A stretch of 45,127 nt of DNA from a virus (Duplodnaviria; Heunggongvirae; Uroviricota; Caudoviricetes): the IMG/VR virus record IMGVR_UViG_2778261231_000002, positions 1-45,127 of that record. The stretch is one strand, 5' to 3'. The number at the start of each line of letters is the position of its first letter. The first letter of the stretch is position 1. This document shows positions 39,475 to 45,127 of this stretch, one piece after another. The translations under genes and the position numbers were made by a program. Under the pieces are notes generated by a model. That model was not told the DNA's origin and did not search any database. It worked only from the letters and a program-made list of their open reading frames with translations.

Positions 39475-39520
39475 ATTCGTAATGCGAAGGTCGTAGGTTC
39501 GACTCCTATTATCGGCACCA
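39475..39520 (+). other. att core: 46-bp 3' end of tRNA-Thr (thrW-like), not a full tRNA
   Basis: Anticodon loop TTCGTAA onward, T-arm GGTTCGACTCC, acceptor TATCGGC+A+CCA; no matching 5' half upstream. Confidence 0.55.
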
Positions 39521-39534
39521 TTAAAATCAATAAG

Positions 39535-40698
39535 TTACACATCATTAGTACCTTCCTTATTTTTTGACTGGGACAAATTTGGGACCGATGGGTTCAGGAT
39601 CGAGTCTATTTGCCGTGCGTGTTCGGTAAGGTGATTAGGTGCAAGGTGAGCATATCGACGAACCATTTCGATAGACTCCCAGCCTCCCATTTCCTGTAAA
39701 ACTGACAACGGGACTCCGGCTTGAACCAGCCAACTTGCCCAGGTGTGTCTCAAGTCGTGAAATCTGAAATCATCAATACCAGCCCGTCTCAGCGCCGCTT
39801 TCCAGGCTGTGTTTGCGTCATACCGCATCTTCCTTACTGTTGGCGCTTTCGTTCCGTCTGGTTTGGTACAGCTTTCCTTGTACACAAATACCCAACGGTG
39901 ATGATTCCCGATTTGTTTTTTCAATACGCGACATGCAGTATCATTCAGCGCAACGCCAATTGCGCGGTTTGATTTACTCTCTTCCGGGTTTATCCATGCC
40001 ACCCGGCGCTGCATATCTATTTGTTGCCATTCAAGGTTGATGATGTTCGAGCGTCTTAAGCCTGTTGCCAGTGCAAATTCAACAACAGACTTTAATGGCT
40101 CCGGACATTCATCAATCAGCCTTTGTGCTTCATGGGGCTCCAGCCAGCGGATCCGTTTATTCTTTGGTTGAGGCACTTTAATAATTGGTGCCTTATCCAG
40201 CATTTTCCATTCACGCTCTGCGGCTCTTAGTAGGGCCTTTATAAATGAAAGATGCGTAGCCTTCGTTGCAACGGACGCTGGTTTTGGCGTGTATTCTGGA
40301 ACAGGTTTCCCTTTTTTTCTGCATGCTTCTGCCCTGAGTTTCCAGTTTTCCTCATGACGCCGGTTCGTCATTTTCTGCATTGCTGAATAAATTTTTGATT
40401 CAGTAATGTCTCTTAGTTGCATTCCTGCGAAATGTTGAAGCCAGAATCCGATCCGGCTTTTGTCATCGTCCAGTGATTTTTTATGTGCTTTCTCTTCAAG
40501 CCACCTGACACACGCTTCCTCGAACGTTATATCAGGTATTTCACCAAGTTTGCTGACCCGCCATGCTTCAGCCTTTAGCTTGTCATGGAGTTCTGTCGCC
40601 TGCCTTTTGTCCTTTGTTCCAAGAGACTGTTTAAATCTTTTACCGTTCGGCAATGTGAAACTGGCGTACCATATTTCACCTCTGCGGAAGAGTGACAT
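39535..40698 (-). CDS. int: tyrosine integrase (P22 Int-like)
   Basis: 387 aa; catalytic R...HDLRHTWAS...Y; convergent on tRNA fragment. Confidence 0.9.
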   Translation of the reverse strand: MSLFRRGEIWYASFTLPNGKRFKQSLGTKDKRQATELHDKLKAEAWRVSKLGEIPDITFEEACVRWLEEKAHKKSLDDDKSRIGFWLQHFAGMQLRDITESKIYSAMQKMTNRRHEENWKLRAEACRKKGKPVPEYTPKPASVATKATHLSFIKALLRAAEREWKMLDKAPIIKVPQPKNKRIRWLEPHEAQRLIDECPEPLKSVVEFALATGLRRSNIINLEWQQIDMQRRVAWINPEESKSNRAIGVALNDTACRVLKKQIGNHHRWVFVYKESCTKPDGTKAPTVRKMRYDANTAWKAALRRAGIDDFRFHDLRHTWASWLVQAGVPLSVLQEMGGWESIEMVRRYAHLAPNHLTEHARQIDSILNPSVPNLSQSKNKEGTNDV

Positions 40699-40925
40699 TT
40701 TCTTTCCTCTGTTATGCCATCACCCGCGCTCACCTGGACAGTATGCAGCGGAGACTGAAGAGCCGCAATGCAGGCTTGTCGTGTTGTGAGGTAAGGAGAT
40801 TTATTCTTAGTGGGATCTTTGCGTGTTGCCTGAAGACGCCCTGTGCGTATCCAGTTAATGGCAGTCGGTCTGGATATCTTGAGAAAATGACAGGCCTCAT
40901 CGAGTGTGAGGCTGTATGGCTCCAT
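40575..40925 (-). CDS. xis: excisionase (P22 Xis-like)
   Basis: [36 protein letters not shown]; overlaps int start. Confidence 0.7.
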   Translation of the reverse strand: MEPYSLTLDEACHFLKISRPTAINWIRTGRLQATRKDPTKNKSPYLTTRQACIAALQSPLHTVQVSAGDGITEERKCHSSAEVKYGTPVSHCRTVKDLNSLLEQRTKGRRQNSMTS

Positions 40926-41230
40926 TATTTCACCTCTTGCTGTGACATTGTTGAAAAATGGATACCAGCTCGTTGCTGCCAGACGATCCAACCGAGAGTC
41001 ATATCCCATGCCATGTATTCGTTATCGCCGTTTTTTGCTCTCCGACGATCTACTAAGTCACCGAAACGCTTTTCCATGAATAATTCATAAGCTTCGCGTT
41101 CATCTGGTTCTACTTCCAGAGATAGGAGTGCGATTTCATAAGCACGGCGCTCAATATCGTCTCGCACGTCAAGGCTGCTGATACGCTCTTTAATTTCTTT
41201 AATCAGTTCTTTGTCGGTAAAAGTGGTCAT
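40925..41230 (-). CDS. hypothetical early protein
   Basis: 101-aa acidic ORF. Confidence 0.4.
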   Translation of the reverse strand: MTTFTDKELIKEIKERISSLDVRDDIERRAYEIALLSLEVEPDEREAYELFMEKRFGDLVDRRRAKNGDNEYMAWDMTLGWIVWQQRAGIHFSTMSQQEVK

Positions 41231-41592
41231 TATGCTCCAGCCTCCGGTGCTTTTGGCATTACTGCCCAGTGAGTGATATTGACGTTTTCAAGGTCCCCGA
41301 CCTGAAATGTCCACTGCCATTCTCCGGTTTCTTTTTGTCCCCAGGTGTACCAGAGAGAACGCCAGCCAATTAGCCAGCCTTCTCCGTTAGCATCGAATAA
41401 CAAAACACTTTCATTTGCTGGTGGCAGTTCAGTTGACACTGGTATTACTTTGTTTTCCTGTGCTGCACATTTAGCTTCAAGCGCATCGAATTTACGCACC
41501 AGGTATTCAGCATCTGTTTCATTTACTTTCAGATCTCGCGGTACACATCTCCCACGAAGAAACCCTTCCATTTCGAAAACATTCATGCGCAT
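41230..41592 (-). CDS. hypothetical early protein
   Basis: 120-aa Trp-rich ORF. Confidence 0.4.
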   Translation of the reverse strand: MRMNVFEMEGFLRGRCVPRDLKVNETDAEYLVRKFDALEAKCAAQENKVIPVSTELPPANESVLLFDANGEGWLIGWRSLWYTWGQKETGEWQWTFQVGDLENVNITHWAVMPKAPEAGA

Positions 41593-42146
41593 TTGCGTAA
41601 CTCCGATAACTCGTTAAAGCGTTCCATAAACATCCCGTAGGCATGGCCCGGTGCCAGTGGAATCACGTTGAACATCTCTGTTGCCGGGATACCTTCCAGT
41701 ACAGGCCAGAAAGAGCCATCATCAAGCCCGAGATCGCGGCGTTCGGTTGCCAGCATGATGAGATCGGCATATTTCACGGGCGTACTCATAACTGGGGGTA
41801 ACCCGTATTTCTCACGGATTACGGCGTCTATTTTTTCTTCCATTTGTTTATAGTCAGGAAGAAGGCGTTTCAGTGGTGCGGGGATGTCCTGGCAATATGC
41901 TTCTGTTGCATCATGCATTAAAGCTTCAAAAGCAAATTCCTGCGGCACCAGCTGGCTGCAAAGCACCGCATGTTGGGCGACACTGTAGAAGTGTGAAAGA
42001 TGTCCTGCAAAGCGACAGATATTTGAAAGGGAAACCGCGATATCGTTAATAACGATGTCGTCTTTATTTATCCTGTCATAATAAAAATGCTTCCCGGAAA
42101 AAGTTTTAATAAATGACATTTTGTTCTCCACGTATATGCGCTGCAC
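41583..42146 (-). CDS. HD-domain phosphohydrolase (YfdR-like)
   Basis: H...HD motif (MHDATEAY). Confidence 0.5.
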   Translation of the reverse strand: MQRIYVENKMSFIKTFSGKHFYYDRINKDDIVINDIAVSLSNICRFAGHLSHFYSVAQHAVLCSQLVPQEFAFEALMHDATEAYCQDIPAPLKRLLPDYKQMEEKIDAVIREKYGLPPVMSTPVKYADLIMLATERRDLGLDDGSFWPVLEGIPATEMFNVIPLAPGHAYGMFMERFNELSELRKCA

Positions 42147-42216
42147 CGCGCTGAATTCCGGTAAAAGGAAGCCCTCACCGTCCGGCGATTATTGAGTCAA
42201 TTACATTTCCATAAAT

Positions 42217-42600
42217 GCCCCCGTAGGGGCGGTTAGTTTCTCCACAAAACAGAGAAGAACACCTGCGGTGGCAGCCGCCCGGATGGATTGGGTTATGAGC
42301 CCGTCGTCCGGTGATGCTCTTCTCTGTTTTGTAAAAAGAGCGGTACCAGCCGGAAGCAAGTGTACAAACTGGTACCGCGAGGACTACACACAGCATAAAG
42401 TTGTGGTGCCGGGTGCCTCCCGGTGCCTGGCGAAGGTTGCACACCAGGCGGGTGGGTATCCACAGAAGGTCGACTGTCAGCCTCAACCTTAACCCGCGTG
42501 CGCTGAGCCGCATTCACCACAACGCTAAGGATTCTCTCTGGTTGAAAATACTTAGCTGTTATGTGCCTGCTTTTAGCCACATCAGGCGAGGTGGACCTAG
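42217..42600. ncRNA. candidate structured non-coding region (strand and function unknown)
   Basis: GC-rich, no credible ORF; 15-bp perfect inverted repeat 42244-42258/42318-42332, 10-bp inverted repeat 42340-42349/42369-42378, hairpin 42217-42230. Confidence 0.25.
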
Positions 42601-42663
42601 TTATTCCCCAACAACAAGGATTCGGTTAATCTGGTTATCCCCAACAACGCAAAAGGAAAAGAA

Positions 42664-43098
42664 ATGTCCGGTAATATCTATACGCTGTACAAATCCCACT
42701 GTGAAAATGTTGGAAAGTATCGGGGCATTGAAATCAGTGGGGTAGTGTCATCAGTCGAAATAAGCAAAGTTGAATCAAGGGCAACATTACTTACTCTTTT
42801 GGACCTTGTCTTACATGAGCACCGGAAGAAATTCGGCACTCCCTATAATCAGTTGAATGGGAAAAAGGCTCTGGTTCACCTTATTCTGATGAAGCATCAC
42901 TGGATGCCAAAACAGATTAATGAGATGAAATTTGATGAACTTCTTCTTTCAATTCAGGATGAACTCACACTTGATAAAATAAGCGTAACCGCCCAGAAAT
43001 TTTTAGATTATCGAGACTGGAGATCACAAATTCATCATTTTGATGATTTTGACGAAAATGAATGGGATCCTAATTTGTCTGCACAATATCTAAAGTAA
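42664..43098 (+). CDS. hypothetical protein, AT-rich, opposite to element B early genes
   Basis: 144-aa ORF; direct repeats TCCCCAACAAC at 42605 and 42638 upstream. Confidence 0.45.
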   Translation: MSGNIYTLYKSHCENVGKYRGIEISGVVSSVEISKVESRATLLTLLDLVLHEHRKKFGTPYNQLNGKKALVHLILMKHHWMPKQINEMKFDELLLSIQDELTLDKISVTAQKFLDYRDWRSQIHHFDDFDENEWDPNLSAQYLK

Positions 43099-43291
43099 CA
43101 TCCTGTGATAAAACCGTGATTTCCTGATCCAGTTTTTTTAAGGAGTCTATTGTTTCCTGTCGATAAGACAGCACTTCACGAAGCTGGTTTATAGCTGCCA
43201 GCTTCTTTGTCATCCACTCATAAATTTCCTCATCTGTGTAGCCAGGCGCGACGATTTTGGGTTCTGTTTTGTGCATTTCACATCTCCTCAA
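43070..43291 (-). CDS. hypothetical small protein
   Basis: 73-aa ORF convergent with 42664..43098. Confidence 0.3.
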   Translation of the reverse strand: MRRCEMHKTEPKIVAPGYTDEEIYEWMTKKLAAINQLREVLSYRQETIDSLKKLDQEITVLSQDVTLDIVQTN

Positions 43292-43477
43292 GTTATCAGT
43301 TACTTGTTGATGGGGACCAGATTGTTAAAGAGCTAAGCGTCCTGTAGGGCGCTTTTTTGTTGCTAACGAATCATCCTGGACTTCATATGCCCCAGGCGGC
43401 TACTTCGTGGGCGTCCTGCCTGTTCGTTGTTTCGCTTGGGTACATTATGTATCTCAAAGGTACATTGTCAAGTATAA

Positions 43478-43500
43478 AAAAACCTGCCGAAGCAGGTTCA
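43478..43500 (-). terminator. rho-independent terminator after repressor B
   Basis: Minus-strand hairpin CCTGCTTCGGCAGG then T7. Confidence 0.55.
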
Positions 43501-43510
43501 TAAACATTGA

Positions 43511-44185
43511 TTAGGCTTTGATTTTGTATCTTCTTGGTTTTCCTGAGAAAATCACTGTACCAATTATAGAGCAATTACCGTTGATCTTAATGTAAGGCTC
43601 AGGCCAGTTTGGGTTTAACGCTTTGAGATAACGCTGTGTCCCATCTTCTATCAACCTTTTGAAGGTGGTTTCACCTGTATCGTGCATCAATGCAATAACG
43701 TCGTCACCGTGGCAGGCAGGTACTTCAGGATCGACAAAAATCATGTCTCCCGGGCGGTACTCATCAATCATTGAATCACCTATCACCCGCAAGATATAAG
43801 TCATTTCCCCACAGGGTACAGGGCAGGGATACGTTTCTGCTGTGCTCAAATCAACCTCAGAATATCCAACTTCTTTCCATGCTCCGGCCTGTACCCATGA
43901 TATGACAGGGACTAATGTGATTTGTTTATTAGTGATTGAAACATCAGGTTTTTTTGTGATGTTCGTTGTCTGGTGTTCTTGATCGAGCCATCCGACAGGC
44001 AGGTCGAAACATTTTTCGATGTGTCGTGCCATGCTGTCACCGATATTTTTAGTAGCACCATCTCCCATAAACCTGCTGGTCTGGGTTGGCTCGCGATCAA
44101 TCATAGTGGCAAAGGAAGAATTCCCGCCAACACCATCTCTCAGTTTTCTGGCGTTAGACCGCCGGATGTCATGGATTGTTTTCAT
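43511..44185 (-). CDS. second CI-type repressor (HTH plus S24 peptidase)
   Basis: GDSM active-site motif; N-terminal HTH. Confidence 0.8.
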   Translation of the reverse strand: MKTIHDIRRSNARKLRDGVGGNSSFATMIDREPTQTSRFMGDGATKNIGDSMARHIEKCFDLPVGWLDQEHQTTNITKKPDVSITNKQITLVPVISWVQAGAWKEVGYSEVDLSTAETYPCPVPCGEMTYILRVIGDSMIDEYRPGDMIFVDPEVPACHGDDVIALMHDTGETTFKRLIEDGTQRYLKALNPNWPEPYIKINGNCSIIGTVIFSGKPRRYKIKA

Positions 44186-44200
44186 AACGAAATTAAAACC

Positions 44201-44273
44201 CTTGTACCGTTAAGGTACAAGTATCTTGAAGGTTCATTTCAATCATGTAATATGTACACCGGAGGTACATATT
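44201..44273. promoter_or_regulatory. operator palindromes between repressor B and cro-like gene
   Basis: CTTGTACC-GTTAA-GGTACAAG at 44201-44221; AATATGTAC-ACCGGAG-GTACATATT at 44249-44273. Confidence 0.5.
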
Positions 44274-44275
44274 GT

Positions 44276-44476
44276 ATGAAAGCGTATTGGGACTCTTTAA
44301 CCAAAGAACAGCAGGGCGAGTTGGCCGGAAAAGTTGGCTCAACACCTGGCTACTTACGGCTGGTTTTCAATGGCTATAAAAAAGCCAGTTTTGTGCTGGC
44401 TAAAAAACTTGAGCAATGCACGTCAGGTGCAATTACGAAATCTGACTTAAGACCGGATATCTATCCGAAAGATTAG
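44276..44476 (+). CDS. Cro-like HTH protein
   Basis: 66 aa; GGAGG RBS; divergent from repressor B. Confidence 0.55.
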   Translation: MKAYWDSLTKEQQGELAGKVGSTPGYLRLVFNGYKKASFVLAKKLEQCTSGAITKSDLRPDIYPKD

Positions 44477-44507
44477 CAGAACACTTTCAATTTTTAACCA
44501 CAGAACG

Positions 44508-45071
44508 ATGAGGCTAATCGTGGGTAAGCATCACTGGAAAATAGAAAAACAGCCTGAGTGGTACGTGAAAGCTGTCAGAAAAACTATCGCGGCGTTGCCG
44601 GGTGGTTACGCTGAAGCGGCTGACTGGCTCGATGTAACAGAAAACGCTTTATTCAACCGCCTTCGTGCAGATGGCGATCAGATTTTCCCGCTGGGATGGG
44701 CAATGGTTTTACAGCGTGCTGGTGGCACTCACTTCATTGCTGATGCTGTGGCGCAGTCTGCAAATGGCGTCTTTGTGTCTCTTCCTGACGTCGAGGATGT
44801 GGACAACGCCGATATCAACCAACGCCTGCTGGAGGTCATTGAACAGATCGGCAGTTATTCAAAACAGATTCGTTCAGCAATTGAAGACGGTGTAGTGGAA
44901 CCGCATGAGAAGACAGCAATTAACGACGAGTTGTACCTCTCAATTTCGAAGCTGCAGGAGCATGCAGCACTGGTCTACAAAATTTTTTGCATTTCAGAAA
45001 GTAATGACGCCCGCGAGTGTGCAGCTCCGGGCGCCGTGGCGTGTCGTGACTGTGGAGAAACTAACGCATGA
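44508..45071 (+). CDS. putative early regulatory protein (YdaT/CII-like)
   Basis: 187-aa ORF directly after cro-like gene. Confidence 0.35.
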   Translation: MRLIVGKHHWKIEKQPEWYVKAVRKTIAALPGGYAEAADWLDVTENALFNRLRADGDQIFPLGWAMVLQRAGGTHFIADAVAQSANGVFVSLPDVEDVDNADINQRLLEVIEQIGSYSKQIRSAIEDGVVEPHEKTAINDELYLSISKLQEHAALVYKIFCISESNDARECAAPGAVACRDCGETNA

Positions 45072-45127
45072 ACAGTTTAACAACACACTACCGTCGCTCG
45101 CAACTGATTGCGCTTCCTGTACCGGGT

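Noticed and set aside
39421-39520. Full-length tRNA gene at the att site
   Set aside because: Only the 3' ~46 nt fold as tRNA; no complementary acceptor or D-arm upstream.
42175-42580. Minus-strand ORFs of 112 and 95 aa
   Set aside because: Low-complexity translations in GC-rich inverted-repeat DNA, no RBS; region treated as non-coding.
42150-42660. Retron msr/msd interpretation of the structured region
   Set aside because: No reverse-transcriptase-sized ORF nearby.
1-45127. CRISPR arrays, IS elements or transposases
   Set aside because: No spaced short direct repeats and no transposase-like ORF seen; repeats present are operators, iterons and att.
39475-45127. Elements A and B as one circularly permuted phage genome
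   Set aside because: Genes after the second cro run rightward and cannot join the leftward early operon at the window start; two distinct repressor/operator sets exist. Cannot be excluded without flanking sequence.

Overview
Almost the whole window is temperate-phage DNA of an enterobacterial (E. coli/Salmonella-type) host. Positions 1-39,300 are the right-hand ~39 kb of a mosaic lambdoid prophage (element A). Its leftward early operon on the minus strand carries two ea22-like paralogs, two HNH endonucleases bracketing ssb, a Rad52-like annealase and an N-like antiterminator with a P22-type nutL boxB. The immunity region reads OL - cargo gene - cI - OR - cro - cII. Rightward follow a T5orf172 insertion, O with ori iterons, a DnaC-like loader, the nin region (NinB/E/F, antirepressor, RusA, NinH), Q, two tRNAs, a lambda-type S/R/Rz/Rz1 lysis cassette, terminase, portal, capsid genes and a Mu/SfV-like contractile tail module. 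Positions 39,475-39,520 are a 46-bp tRNA-Thr 3' end (att core). Positions 39,535-45,127 are the left end of a second integrative element (B): P22-like int/xis, small early genes, an HD hydrolase, a GC-rich structured non-coding stretch, and a second CI-like repressor with cro-like and downstream genes. The strongest candidate for an undescribed system is the 348-aa membrane-anchored protein at 5661-6707, which sits in the rexAB-equivalent slot between OL and cI with its own terminator. Other candidates are the T5orf172 gene between cII and O, a secreted-protein plus Phd/Doc cassette inside the baseplate cluster, and the structured non-coding region at 42.2-42.6 kb. All calls rest on reading the ORF translations and sequence by eye and on recalled family motifs; no database search was run.
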